A program made the position numbers and the translations under genes. A stretch of DNA of 59,345 bases, the filler included, from Sphacelaria rigidula (lineage: Eukaryota), in NCBI GenBank assembly GCA_964200075.2. It is 6 parts of 6 records of this genome, joined end to end, with 100 filler letters (N's around TTAATTAATTAA, not from the genome) between each part and the next. Parts side by side here need not be neighbours in the genome. Positions count along the whole stretch, not along the records: positions 9,909 to 19,716 come from CAXNAA020007716.1; positions 19,817 to 29,624 come from CAXNAA020007717.1; 4 more parts are not named here. One strand, given 5' to 3'. The notes under the pieces are model-generated. The model was not told where the DNA came from, did no database searches, and was given only the letters and a program-made list of their open reading frames with translations. Positions 11,750-25,100 of the stretch are shown one piece after another; position 1 is the stretch's first letter; each line of letters begins with the position of its first letter.

Positions 11750-14020
11750 TTGTCGTTTTACCCTGAATTATTGTCGCCGAGTTGGCGCAAACACTGCTTA
11801 CTTCCCCTCTCACATTTATTTTGTCAAGCAGAGACAGTCTTCTTGTAATTGCCTCGCCTCTCACCGTCATGCCCGGTCCTCCTCTGTCTTGGTCTCCACC
11901 TGCCTCTACCTGCCTGCCTGTCTACCTGCCTGTCTGCCTGCCTGACTTGTCTGTCTTGTCCGTCTGCCGTATCTCGAAACGTGTTCGCCAATCACGCCGG
12001 TGATCCCATCAGGCCCAAGCACGCAGGGACGCACGCATGTCGCAACAGAACCAGAAGATCGCCGAGGAACTCCAGAAACAACGGGCTGCCAACACACGCC
12101 GAGAGGTGGAGGTACGCCCGCTCTTTCCAGCCCAACGCCTTCACGTTCCTTTTCTTGTTCTCTTTTTGTGTAAATTTGGAACCTTCCGCGAGCACCAAAC
12201 TGACTCCGGAAAACGATTTAATACTACCGTATGTCTACGGCAATACTCGTAGCACGGCGCGATATTTTTTACCCCCTGTTTGTTTGGCCGGAGAAGAGCA
12301 CCTTGTGCGTGCGTGTGTGTGTGTGTGTGTGTGTGTTCAGTCGGGCGCAACAGCGACCCGCATTTAGTGTATGTGTTGTGTATGTGTTGTGTATGTGTTA
12401 ACGTGCCAAAAATGAGCCCTTGCGTAGACAAATCTGGTGTTCGTCGTCTGCCACTGAAGAGACTTGACACGCATTTATTTTTACTTGCACAGTCCCTCCC
12501 CCCCTCCCGTGTGTGTGTGTGTATGTGTGTGTATTTGGGTGCGATTGGGTGCGATTCTTTTATTTGACAATGCCGCTCAATGCCAGGTGCAGCGCATTTG
12601 TGAGGAGAGCGAAGAACTCAAGGCTCTCGAACAGGTGATGCTGCCGTAAAATTCATCTGTAGTATCTATGTACGTACCTGTCAATCTATCAATCTATCAA
12701 TCTATCCATCTATCAGCCTGCATGGGTATACATATACCTTTATATCTTCATAAAAGTGGACAAAACGAAGAAGGCGAACATGATTCAAAACGCGTAACCA
12801 GCGCTGCTCAATTTTTGCGTTGCTTCAACTCTCTTGCGTCTTGAAAAAAAATTATGTCCATATATATATCCCCCCTTTACTTGCCCTGAAACGAGCACAC
12901 CTACGGTACAGCATATATATATATATGCAGTATACTGTATGCGGAAAAGCTTACAAAAACATACTCGCGTCTGATTGGTCCGGGCAATGCAAGCTCACTT
13001 GGCAGTGTATCATCTTCTAATTGACCGCTCAAAAGCTGTCGCACGCACTCATATGTGTATATGAACTATACTCTACTGTACGTGTTATTCACCGGGGTGG
13101 AGGAAACGGTTTAATTATCTTCCACGCCTCAAACCATGTATATTTTTTCGCATATTGACTGTCCCCAATTTTTTCCCGCTCGCAATGACATGGATGGATA
13201 CTGCCTGATAGCGACTTAAAGTGGCGTATGTGAACAAGGAGCGTGCAGCGCAGCACGAGGAGAACCAATTGTTGTTCACAATGGAGCAAGACAGAGAGCA
13301 GGCTATCACGGACAAGGCAAGAAGCAGTCATGTCAGCGACACGGGAGAGAAGCAGGCTAAGGGGAGGGGATGTTTGAGCTCAACATGTTGCGAGGTTCTG
13401 ATAGCAAAATCCTTGTCTCCCCCCCCCCCCCTACCTTTCCGAGGTTGTACTGCTTTCGCTTCTTAGTTCCCGATGCTACTCGGCTACTGTACCTCATAAG
13501 GTACACGCCTCCGCGAGAACTTTTTTTTTTGCTTCCTTTTTTGCTTCCTTTTTTTTTTCTTTTCAAATTGGTGTCATGTGTTCCACGCGACAGATGGAAC
13601 ACGACCGACAGATGGCTCTAAAGGTGGAGGCTGAAAAGGCGGCGGCCAGGAAGAAGCTCTACGAGGTGCAGAGAAATGCTTTACATGCTCAGATGCGAGA
13701 GAGGGAGGTCCTCAAACGGGAGGTGAGAGAAACAAACGATAGTACAGTACAGTGCTCATTCGCTCGCCTGGGCATAATTTCACTTTATAAACACACATGC
13801 ATGATGTGATTCACCTACGGCCTGAAACTACACACAAGAACCAGAATCACCACGTAACCAATCTGCAGTACTGTTATTATCATCACTATTTCCGCAAATT
13901 AGCCCGACTTTTCGATCCTGTGGTCACAGGCGTAGGCTCGCCTTTTCCAAGACCGCCATACTACCACCATTCCTCACATGAGATAGCAGCGCATATTGAG
14001 CGGCTTCTGCTGAGAATCCG

Positions 14021-14057
<37 letters not shown>

Positions 14058-17000
14058 ACCCAATGCTCATATATGCTCCGTCCCAATACATACAACGCTG
14101 ATCGCGGTGGGAGCGGTCGCGCCTCGCCTCGAGCTTTTTTTCTTCTTCTCTGACGCCGACGATTGTAGGTTACCATGTACATAATACTATCGATGGTGCC
14201 GACATTATATCTGCGAATTCGAGAAACAGCGCTTCCGAAGCGAGTTTTTTTCATATTTTTATCGGTCATGAGGACAACGGTTGAAGTGCCATCCGTCGGA
14301 ACTATTCATCACTGATTCGAATCACCAGAATCTACGATTTCTGAGGCCTGATCGCTAGAAAGAAAGTTGATCGCGGGTCATCATCGTCTCTACACCATTT
14401 TTTGCGCTCGTCCGCGTACGTGCCGGGGGTGCGCGTATGTGGGATGCAGCGCATTTTTTTTTTTTTTCCTTAACGGAAGGAGGAAGTCCAACCTGACTCT
14501 TCCCTCGCAAGCGAGTTCGTGTGCCGATTCCCTGAAGGCTCGGGTAAACCACCTCGCGGCAGTCATACGGGGAAGGCGCCTCGAGCGTTGGCAAGCTTTG
14601 CTCAAGGCATTGTGGGGGATGCTCCCACTTAAACCCCCCCATCAACTTGGCGCAGTCCACGCGCCGCTATACTCTGAGGGGCTTCGGCCGGGTGCAGCGC
14701 AAGGGTGAAAACCAAAGCCCAAGAATTAGAGCTCGGAAAGGGTACCAGTTATAACTGGCCATCATCATTGTAATGGTAATCATGGTAATGGTTACATGAA
14801 AAAAATGGATAATGGTTTCATACCATGATTTACCGTTACCGGCTTTTGCCCTTGAAAATTGCCCCAAACTCAACGTATCCTTTAGCTCTTCTGAGATCAA
14901 ATCGCGTAAAAACGTGCCTCCGGCTCGGCGCCTCCAGCGGGAACCTCCGAGGGCGCCTCCGGCGGGGCTCTCTCTGCCGGGGGGGGCTTTTTGGCTCGCG
15001 GCTGCGCCGCTCGATAACCAAACCATTATGTACCATTTTACTGGTCAATGGTTAGACGAACCACTCCGGAGCTCTACCAAGGATTATTGGTACGAGATGG
15101 ATAATTTGCACTAAAAAACAGCAAGTAATTTTTCAGACGAATCATGATTGGTCCGACCGTTGAACCTCTGTGCCATTTCTTTATTGGCGTGTCCGTCCGA
15201 GCTCACGGCCCTGAACGAATGGTTGATGGATTGATTCGATTGGTTGGTTGTTGCTCAATCACATTAAGATTAAGATTAACATTAGCATTGACATTCACAT
15301 TGGCATTGACATTCACATTAACGTTAACATGAACCCTTTTGGGATGGGACTCACGGAAGCATGGTTTTGCACGCATGGGCCTTATTGTGAATCGGGATAA
15401 TTTTCTCCTAGTCGTTTCCAAGTAAAAATAACGCCGATTCACGACAAGGCACCTGCGTGCACACCTCATGTTTCTGGGTGTCCGGTCTCCAAAGGGTTAA
15501 CTGATGCGCTACGAACCCAGTCATGGTCATTAGATAGAAGATAGACGTACGTATGCAACCAAAATGGATTTTTAAAAAAATAGACGTACAACACACGCAG
15601 AGAAAAACCGGGGGAAAAGAAAAAAATGGAAAATGAAGGAAATATTAAAGCAGATCGAAAGAAAACTGAAAAAAAAAGATGACCAGCAGAAGGAAAGTAG
15701 GCCTTTACTCCGAAGGCTCTTCTAGCCCAATAAGCGACATGTTTTTGGCTCAAAAGAGCATTCGGAGCAAAGGCCTAGAGGAAAGGGAAGAAAGAAAATA
15801 AAAGAGAAGATGAATGTGTGAAACATGAAAAGGAAAAGGAGAACAACAAAGGCATGAGGAAACTGTGTGTTCATAGCACTTGGTTGCACCGGGCGGCTCC
15901 GTGGATCGGAGATTCGACACGTGAAACTACACAGCTCAATTTTTTGAGGGGGGCTAAACTCTTGCAAATTCGGAATCCTCGTCAAAAAATAAAATAAAAC
16001 AAAATAACACATATATACATTTGCTGCCACATCAAGTTGTGACTTGGTCTTGATTGATGTGACTTGGTCTTGATTGATGTGACTTGGTCTTGATTGATGT
16101 GACTTGGTCTTGATTGATGTGACGGGAAGGGATTCAGGTTCCGTTCATTCAATAAGCCTACACTTCGTGTAGTGTCATCTTATCTGACTTCCCACACGCC
16201 CTCGCAGCCCCCCCCCGCCCCCCCCCACTGACCACACCACCACCCCCCCACCCCACNNNNNNNNNNAGGGTAGAGATTTTATTTTTTTCTATTCAACAAA
16301 ACCTACTCCCTCTGTTGTTTTTTTTTTCTTTCCCCCCCCCCCCCCCCCCCCCCGCCCAACGGCGTAATTTTGAGTGGCGCCATCAACCCTTGATATCTAC
16401 TTACCGCCTGGGCTCAAAATGAGGAATGCACTGAAGTGCGTGTTTGTGGTACTCATCTCGACAATTTCTTGCTCGTACCGTGCGGGTTGCGTTTACGGAT
16501 GACGTCATATTCCAAACCCACAGGCCATGATGGAAGCAGACCGTGATCGCGAGATGGTGGACGAGGTAGTGAAGCGGATAGAAGCGGAGGAGAGGGCAGA
16601 GCAGGAGCAATACCTCAAGACCAGGTATTGTATATACTGACTCAAGCGAAGTGCTGCACACTTGTCAGCCAGTCAGTCAGAGGATGTGTTGATTTTGTCC
16701 CCAGAAAAGGGAATGGGAGGGAGTAAAGGGTCATAGATAAATATGCGATTGTTTACACATTCTATTGATGCCCTCTGCGCGTTCAGGGACATCACCATTC
16801 ATGTGCAATTGCATAATGTAACTTCCTAGAACGGCAGATACCACCCCCCATCGTGTTTAGGGAGAGGGATTAAAGCGATTTCATGCCCAGGCGGGAAAAA
16901 ACAGGAGGTAATAGACGAATATGTGATTGTTTACACGTTCTATGGGTGCCTCCCGCGTGTTCAGGGGCATCGTAATTCGTGTTTAGATGCAAAACGCAAC

Positions 17001-19027
17001 TGACGAGAATGGTAAATACCACTCCCCCCCCCTCCCCCCCCAACGTGTTTGGGGAGGGGGATTAAAGCGGCTTTATCCCCAGGTGAGGAGAAACAGGGGG
17101 CCATAGATCAATATGTTATTGGTTACACGTTTTCTCGATGCATTCATGTGTTTAAGTGCATCGCCGTTCGTGTGTAGCAAACCAAAACGGTGGATACCAT
17201 CCGTGTGATCATGTTCGGGGGGCGGGGGATGCGTGCATCAAATATCTGGGTAAGAAACTAGCCAGTTAGAACTAGCCAGTCAGTCAGTCAACGTTTGAAG
17301 AACGAATATCACTTGAATCGAGATGTTTTTGGCTGGTGCAGACGTGTCAGACATTTCAAACTGTTTTTTTCTTATTTCCTCTCAAGAGTTGCGGAAACGG
17401 TAGATATCAATGATAGAGAGGTGCCAATTCGTGAACGGAGAATACAGCCAGTACGAGGTAAAACACCATTTTGTTGTCTGTGTCTGTGTGTGATGTGGGT
17501 GTTATTGAACGTAATTTGGTCCACAAGCAGCGATGCTTCCGCTGTAGCGTGATGAAGAGTTGTTGATGAAGAAAATAAACTCAATTGTGTATTTTTTTCA
17601 CTATAACGATCAGTAGTGAGGAGTAATTCGATCGAGCGAAAGGGTCACAGAGCCAGAATCTGGGGCTGTGTACTCGTATTGCCCCCGACAACCAGTTAAC
17701 CAGTGAGTTGTTCGAAGGTCATAGTAGGAATGAGTTTTATTCCGGATTTTGTGTTCGGGTACTCATATAATCTCTCTATCCCAGCTATGAAAAAGTATTT
17801 TACGAGGTATTGTTATCATGAGACCACGGGTGGACCCCTGGGTGGTCAGTTAAAGTGCGACAATTAATCATCAATCAATCAATCATTGTTAACGGAACTT
17901 TTTTGTCGGACTAAATCTTCGACTTTTTTGGGGGGGGAAAAAATCTTCCTTCCTCCTCGATAAATGTGAGACCGGATTTCTCAACGGGGTCAGCCACAAG
18001 ATTTATTCAAGACCGACTACAGATTACTCCGGAAATCTATCGTAGCGTCGGATTTTTTTCAGCATTTTTTTTTCTTGAGAAGTTCGAAATTTTTTCAAGT
18101 TTTCCGCAAAAATCGAGACAGTCTGAAAAAAAAATCGGGTTAATAATACCCTTGATGTAATACGGTGAAAAAAAGCGTTCTCAACGAGAGTTTTGCAATT
18201 TTGAATGTCACTGTTGTATAGTACTGAATAGACAGGGTCTACCACGCCGGGTCAAACTGATTTTCCCGAAGTCAAGTCTCGTTCACGATACTGGTAATCA
18301 TGAATTGTCGAAGACGGAATTCCACTGGCACTTCGAAAGCCTATTGCAATCGAGTCAGACGCAAACCAATGCTGTTGTGACATTGCTGACGCACACGGCG
18401 ATACCTTCATAGCTTTGCGGTTATTAACTCGGCATCAAATAAATGTCGCAATTGATAATCTACGTGCGTGACCCCCCTCGCCCCCGATCCCGACTGACAC
18501 CTTACTGTAGTTCTCAGGACATCACCGCTGTACGTACAGTAGTAGCGCAGGAATCTAGCACTCCAGACTTCCAAAAGTGGTCGAGTCATGGCTGAAACAG
18601 TTTCCCTTCCGGAATGTCCCTCCACATCTTACACGAGGCCGTATACGCTTTCTGTAGTAGCTTGCCACTGAAGCCTCTGACGTCCCCGAGCAGGAGCTCG
18701 TCGTGTAGCTGTGAGCACGCGACATTACTTTGGAAACAAAAAACACAGACACACACACACATGAGAAATTGATCAAGTTATCAAGTCACTATAGAGCGAA
18801 TCACAAAACGCACTCTCAATCAACTCTAGAGTTTCAAAACCCGGCGACAACCCTCTTTTATGAACCATCTACTCGCCGTGTTGTGTTTTCGCCCCGTGCT
18901 CTGACCTGTACGCTTGTTGATGACGTTACGTTCATTGCCCGTATGTAGGGAGGAAACCCGCCTCACTGTTCAAGAGGCAGAAAGACGGAGGGCCATCGAG
19001 CTGGAGAAGCGTGCGAGGCAAGAAAAG
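10021..19027 (+). CDS. MNS1: Meiosis-specific nuclear structural protein 1 (MNS1/FAP127-type axonemal coiled-coil protein), partial
   Basis: Phase-consistent exons 10021-10121, 10928-11009, 12013-12111, 12587-12634, 13212-13316 (GC donor), 13594-13722, 16524-16624, 18949-19027. The translation includes VQRICEESEELKALEQRLKVAYVNKERAAQHEE and DREMVDEVVKRIEAEE, matching the recalled MNS1 motifs ELRELExKLKAAYMNKERAAQ and EKLMIDEIVRKIYEED. The gene continues beyond the piece. Confidence 0.88.
11245..11710 (-). mobile_element. tRNA-derived SINE-like repeat (family B), intronic
   Basis: Minus-strand B-box-like GGTTCAATTCC at ~11660-11670. Shares CCCCTTCC(T/C)CGGG(G/A)CGAGTCC and TACTCACGTTCTCACG with the copy at 39165-39440. 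Confidence 0.6.
14475..14660 (+). repeat. ~185-bp dispersed repeat (second copy at 43810-43992)
   Basis: Collinear similarity including ACCTCGCGGCAGTC, AGGCGCCTCGAGCGTT, TTTGCTCAAGGC and TCAACTTGGC. Confidence 0.8.
14727..15076. mobile_element. hAT-type MITE (350 bp)
   Basis: TIR TAGAGCTC(C)GGA at both ends. 8-bp target-site duplication CCAAGAAT (14719-14726) / CCAAGGAT (15077-15084), 7/8 identical. Confidence 0.8.
15334..15496. mobile_element. Second TTAA-type (piggyBac-like) MITE family
   Basis: Begins TGAA|CCCTTTTGGGATGGGAC and ends GTCCGGTCTCCAAAGGG|TTAA. A matching right end, GCCCAGTCCCAAAAGGG|TTAA, lies at ~39949-39969. Confidence 0.6.
16038..16123. repeat. Perfect 20-bp minisatellite (TGTGACTTGGTCTTGATTGA) x4
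   Basis: Four exact tandem copies visible directly. Confidence 0.95.
16667..17289. repeat. Degenerate ~180-bp tandem repeat x3, bounded by AGCCAGTCAGTCAG direct repeats
   Basis: The motif ATAGA..AATATG..ATTG.TTACAC.TT recurs at ~16734, ~16912 and ~17103. Flanking 14-mers at 16667-16680 and 17274-17287. Confidence 0.75.
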
Positions 19028-19716
19028 GTGATCAAACCCCGTTTGTTCTGCTGCTACTGCTGCTGCAAGGCCCTACACTACTACTACTGTACCAGCCGCG
19101 ACTGACGGTGACTGAATGTGTGCTTTGGCCAATATATTATCTGTTTTTTACGTCCCAGATGATCGTGAAGTAGTACCCTCTCTCAGTGTCACTTATAGCC
19201 GTGCTGGTGTACCGAACCATCGGTCAGATATGTGGATGTATGTGTATGATTGTGTGTATGTATCTCACAGAAGGGATGCTTTCGGCGTGACGCACCTGTA
19301 CTTGATTGAGGCAACCATTTTGACAGGTAGGTGCGAGAGTGATCCTCCGACAAGGGGGAGGGGGGTGTTGAGCCAATTGCTGGACGAAGGAGCCAGTCAC
19401 TTCGAATTCCCGCTTCATGCAGAACAATCCCATACGAATGCTCTTGTTTTCATCAAGATCAAGTTTCTCTTCAAAGCACTTGATGCCCTTCTCATCCACC
19501 CACACTCGTATATAAATCCGTTTCTACGATCGTGTGCGAAGTTGTGTGACAAACACACTCGTGACCTCAGTTTTTGGTGCAATTAATCTCCCCTGCCAAG
19601 GTGAATGGTCTTATGACTATGGCATGCATGATCATGAGTACAGGGTCGGTGACCTCATTCACCCTGACCCGCGAATCCACCATGATTTGGCGCCGCTGTT
19701 CGAGATCCATGTTACG

Positions 19717-19816
19717 NNNNNNNNNNNNNNNNNNNNNNNNNNNNNNNNNNNNNNNNNNNNTTAATTAATTAANNNNNNNNNNNNNNNNNNNNNNNNNNNN
19801 NNNNNNNNNNNNNNNN
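19717..19816. other. Artificial linker
   Basis: N44-TTAATTAATTAA-N44. Confidence 0.98.
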
Positions 19817-19981
19817 CGGGTTGCCCACTTGAGCCTCAGTTCAGAGTTGAACCTCAATTCGCACAATTCGCTGTTATGTGTTCTCCTGTCCCATCACCCA
19901 CATGCGCGGAATATTTGACGGTTCCGCGGGATGGGAATGTGCCCGCACCAGTTCCAATACCGAACAAAACTCCCTGCCCAT

Positions 19982-22900
19982 TTACCAGCTATGCGCGAAG
20001 TATTTGGCGGTTTTTCGCCGCATGTGGATGTGCCAGCACCAATCCCACGGTCGACCACGGCTCTCATCGAGGGTGGCCCACTTCAGATGTACGGCGTATT
20101 TTTCCGCCCCCAAGTCCATCATGCGGAGAGTGTGTGGACACTCCCGCTGACCTGGGTTCTCATCAAGGCCCACCACCTCGGACAACTGCCAACCTGCGGA
20201 AGCGGTTTTAGAATACACGTAAGAGCCCATAATGTCAGGGTTGTATTACATCGGGTCAATCCTCCCTCCGTCCCGACACCTTATACCCTGGCGCCACGTA
20301 CTATCCACCCCGTTTATGTGCCGTTATGCGCCGCGACAAATGAATGGGATATTTGTGGTATTGCGCATTGTCCCCTTTATCTGTGTTGGTTCGCCTAACC
20401 AATACTTCAGAATTACCTACCGGCCGTACTGCTCAAGGTCGGCTTCATGCTCCGACCTAGGAACATCCAAACCGCCCCAATGCGTGAGGAATTGTACCGC
20501 CAGCTTACCACCCACCCTCCGAGACAACCTGTGTTTCACTAATTTATCCGGCAATATCCTGTGAGTGTCCAACCCCATCGTGACGCCTTCGCCGTGAGAT
20601 GCAGAGGAGGCGATCGTTCGGAATATTTGTTCATCACATATTGGCCAAGCCCCCAAGGCGAAAATCTCGATTTCTCCGGCCCCTCATGGGGGTTTTGACA
20701 CCTAATACACCCCGCCACTGACACCCTGGAATTCATGTTGACCCCTGGCTCGTTTCGTCGAATCTCCAGCAACAGTAAATTCCCACCCATCTGTTCACCC
20801 TCCGAGATTACCCCCGGTCCCACCAATAAAAATTTGTATGGTCCCGTCCAACACTGAGCCAGCTTTGCTGACAGCGCCCAAGACGTCTGGGCTGTACTCG
20901 ACGCCACCTGCATCGCCTTACCCCCCGCGACGATGGTGCTTTTGTCATCAAACACAATACCCACTGGCCTGCTTGCCATTTTGGCCGGCGATTTGTCATT
21001 TCCTCGAAACCCTGGTTCTTGGCTTCATGTCTTGCTTTGATAAAAAAAAATCCTCTTGCCTCACCATTTCGTACGCCTTCACCTGCCGATCTCTCATCAG
21101 CTGGAGATAATCCAACTGATCGGCCTTCAAACCCTGGTGCCCCCGCACCCCCCTACCTGCCAGAATAGTCATGGGCATGCGCGGGTAGCTTCCAATATGT
21201 ACCTCATTTGGAGACAACCCGGTACCCCTACTGATATATTATTGTTGTGTGCTGAGATCGCATGCACTAGAGACTCATCCCAGTTGCTCTGATCGCCCAC
21301 CACCAAATAAGACATCATTTAACACGAAGTGTGATTCAACCGCTCCACCATCCCATTCGTCTAAGGGTAATATGAGCTTGTGAATCGTTTTACCGCACCC
21401 ACCATTACATAGACCGACCTACACACCGCGAAATTGAACTCCGCCCCCCGATTCGACAAGAAAGTGTGCGGGCAATCGCATCGTCGCACAGGACCCCCCA
21501 CTATGATTGCAGCGCACCCGGTAGCCGAGTGTTCTTCGGAGGTGATCGCGTAAGCTTTCGCGTGCCTACTAAACAGATCCACCATGAGAAAAATGTGCCT
21601 GTTGCCCCTCTTTGTTTACGGCAAAGGACCCAGGAGTCAAACGCTACCATTTGCTCTCGCCGACTCCGTAGAAGCAGCGAGAGTAAAGACCGCCGCACCG
21701 TATACCGATCCGATTTCTTAGCCTGACATGAGTAAAGGCATCGAATTCAGAATCTCACACTCTCTTTCATCCCTATCCACCAATAGTACCGTTGCACAAG
21801 AGAGATAGTCACTTTTCCCTCCAGATGTACTGCTTCCTTGCGCGTTAGGCCCATTACCCAGGGCCTCAGCAACAAAGGGACATAGGTTCTCACCGGTTCG
21901 TCTCCGAGGTATCGCTAAAAACTACCCGGGTTCTGATCCTCCGGCTCCGAGGGCGCGACCGTCAGCTTTTTTACCAACAGTTTCCCCCCGTCCGCCAGCT
22001 CAAACAATTCACCTTATTTTAGCAGAGCTCGGAGTTCTTTGTCGTCGATTCCGCTCTCCAGCGCTTGCTACTCTCCCTCTGAGAGTGTTGTCTTTCCCTG
22101 TGAGAGATAAGCGGCAGTCGTTCGAGCGGTCAGATCAGTAAGTTGGATTTGCGCCCAGTCACTCGCTGGCTTGGCACACAACCGCTCCCCAAATGTACAC
22201 GCTCCCGCCGCCTCTAGAGTGAGCGCAGGCGTACCTGAATCGTCCTCGTCAGTTAACCCCGCCTCCTCATCCGTGATTACAAACATTTCCGAGCCCGCCG
22301 TCTCGTGAAACAAGTATATACCCACTTCAGTGACGGGGTAAGCATGCAAGCACAAACCCGGTTCCCACTGCCCACACACCACATCAGTAACACTCGGGGA
22401 GAGAAGCCGTGAGTCATCCTTTAGCACTTCCGATCCCTTGCAGCCCAGTGTGGAACTCGTTGACTTGAGTCTCTCCTGAATCCGATCCCATGTGACATCC
22501 GCTATCTCTGACGAAGTCAGGGGAGCGGCCGACTGTGCACTCCCCCCACCCTGAAAATTACCCCGGGGAGCAAGCCCATCCAAGCTTGAAACGCGGGGAC
22601 CAGACAACACAGAGGGAAGCCCATCCAAGCTGGCAACCTGGGGGGATCCAAAATCCCGCGGCGCCACCCCACTGGCACCGATAAAGTAAACATCTAAATC
22701 AGCCGGGTCAGAGATTCGAAAAATTCCACTCAGATCTTTTTCGCTGTGAGCAAGAGGAAGCCGCGAAAGCATGTCGGAGTTGGAATTAGACACCCCACGC
22801 TTGTAAAAGATCTGATAGGTGTAAGCACTGAGGAAAATTCGCCAACGCTGGACCCTAGGAACCTTCTCAGCAAGACTGAACAGACTGCGCAAAGGTTGAT

Positions 22901-25100
22901 GGTCGCTGAAAATTTGGAAAGGAAAGCCATAGAACAGCGGCCGGTTTTTCTCGACGGCTCAAACAATTGCACCCGCTTCCAACTCAGTGGCCGTCCAGTT
23001 AAGCTCGTGAGGCAAAGTACTGCAGCTTAAAACACACAACGACCGCACGCCACCTTCCGAATGGCGTTGCTCCACCACCGCCCCCAACCCATCTTTACTC
23101 GCATCCGTAACCAACATGAAAGGACGACCACCCGACACCGCTCCAACGTAATCCGGAAAACATAAAATTTTCGGACCGGATAACTCTCGCAGAATTTCGC
23201 GCACCGTTACGTCATGTTCCGGCTTGAGAAGAAACTCAACCTCCTTTTTCAACAGCGCCTCAATGGATTTGGTGCGGGCCGCCATTTTGGGGATGAATTT
23301 GCGGTAGTAACTCAACCCCCCCATAAGCGAACGCAGCTCAGTCACCGAGGTAGGCATCGGCATGAGGCGCAGAGCATCTACCTTCTTAGAACCAGGCGAA
23401 ATTCCGTCAGCCGAGATACGATTACCAAGGAAAGTGACCTTACCCGCCCCGACGTGAGTCTTCATATTTCAAGGTTGAATTTTGTGAGGCGTTCCAAAAA
23501 GGTCGACAAATTATTAACACATTTCGCCCCATTTGCACTGAACGTGCAAATATCATCGATATACAAACGGCACCGCATCAGACCCTCACATACCCGGGCC
23601 ATGATAGATTGAAACCCCCCCCGGGCTCCCACTACATCCCATGGGCATCACCAGCCATTCGTACAATCCCGATTGAGTACACACCGCGATCAGTGGAATG
23701 GTCTCAGGGTGAGTGGAGATGTTAAAATAACTAGACAGAATATCAAGGCAGGTGAAAACCTTGACACTCCCGAGCTCATCCGACAGGTCATCGATAGTAG
23801 GAATGGGCAGGACCGGGATGACAGTGGCATCATTAAGCTCCCGATAGTTGCACGTAAACCGAATACCTCCATCCTTCTTGTTCACCACCACCAGCGGGGA
23901 GCTCCAACTGGAATAACAACGTCGCAGTAGCCCCGCCGCAAACAACCGATCAGTTTCAACCTGCACCTTCTGTTGCGTGGCCGGGTTGTGACGATACGGC
24001 CGTTGTTTAATGGGGTTAGTCCCCGGCTTCAACTCGATTTTGCACGGATCCACCGTACAATACTCCAAATCCATTCTATTCACCGAAAATCTGTGAGAAA
24101 ATTTGCACAGCATATCCGCCAACTTATCAATATCTTCCACCTGCCAGTACTTGTCCTGCAAACGGAAAGTGATGCTATGTAAGTGGGGAGGATTACGTCC
24201 CCACAAGCGACGCAACGCGGCACGTTTCTCCGTACATGAATCACCGAACATGGCCTCCAGCGGCTCCGGTAGTGCCGGCTCGACTGCACAAACGGCGGTC
24301 GATGCCGGGTCCGGCAACCTGGAACTTTTCGCGTCATTGAGCAAACAAGGTGCCAATGGCAGCCCTGCTGACCCCAATTCCATCCCCGGTAAGATCAACG
24401 CACACTCTACATCAGTAAAACACAAGGGAATATTTGAATCCTCCGCATCCAGAACCATTTCAGGCGGGGACCACCTCGCCTCGAAATACATATATTGATT
24501 ACCTTCCGGAGCAGGACCCATCCCCCGACGTACACAGTGTGACGGGAACCCACGTCAACTCGTGCGTCACAGTCAACTCAGTTTCCCCTGAAAAAAACAC
24601 GACAACCTCCTCCTCAGACATGGTCGACTGTTCAACCATGCCCCCGGCGTTTTGAACCCAGCGATCAAACGGGGTGAGTCCAACAGCAACAGCGGGCTAT
24701 GCGAGCGACATGATTTTTTTAACTTCACTAAAGTCACGACACGAACGCACCGGGGACTAAGCCAACCCATCGCGACCCAGCAGCAAATCAAACAGCATAG
24801 TGCCTTCCGGGACAATATGTGCGTGAATCGCAAAACAAGCACTCGTGCCAGTTGTCCGACCTTTGTGTTAGCCGCCCACAAAACGGATGTTCAAACGCAC
24901 CTGTGAGCATGTTCTCAGAGGCACTCCATTGAAGCCGTCCCACGACACAGGATTAATCTCCCGAATCGCGTCACCAGATCCAGCCCCATACGCAACCATA
25001 GACATCCATACCTTTTCCAGGATAAACGTCGCAGGGCTCCCACTGTCGAGCAAAGCCGAGCAATCTCACATGCGGGTCGCCTTAGACCCGCCAAGCATCC
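19982..25100 (-). pseudogene. Disrupted pol (protease, RT, RNase H, integrase, chromodomain, extra C-terminal region)
   Basis: Motifs are split across frames 24868-25053, 23586-24521, 22959-23465, 22068-22892, 21361-21585, 20996-21217, 20539-20979 and 20417-20656. The integrase second catalytic Asp appears as N (FLSNRGAEF). Chromodomain-like ILPDKLVKHRLSRRVGGKLAVQFLTHWGGL. Confidence 0.9.

Noticed and set aside
11576..14269. Poly-L/C/T/Q ORFs
   Set aside because: Translations of intronic (GTT)n and (CAA)n microsatellites.
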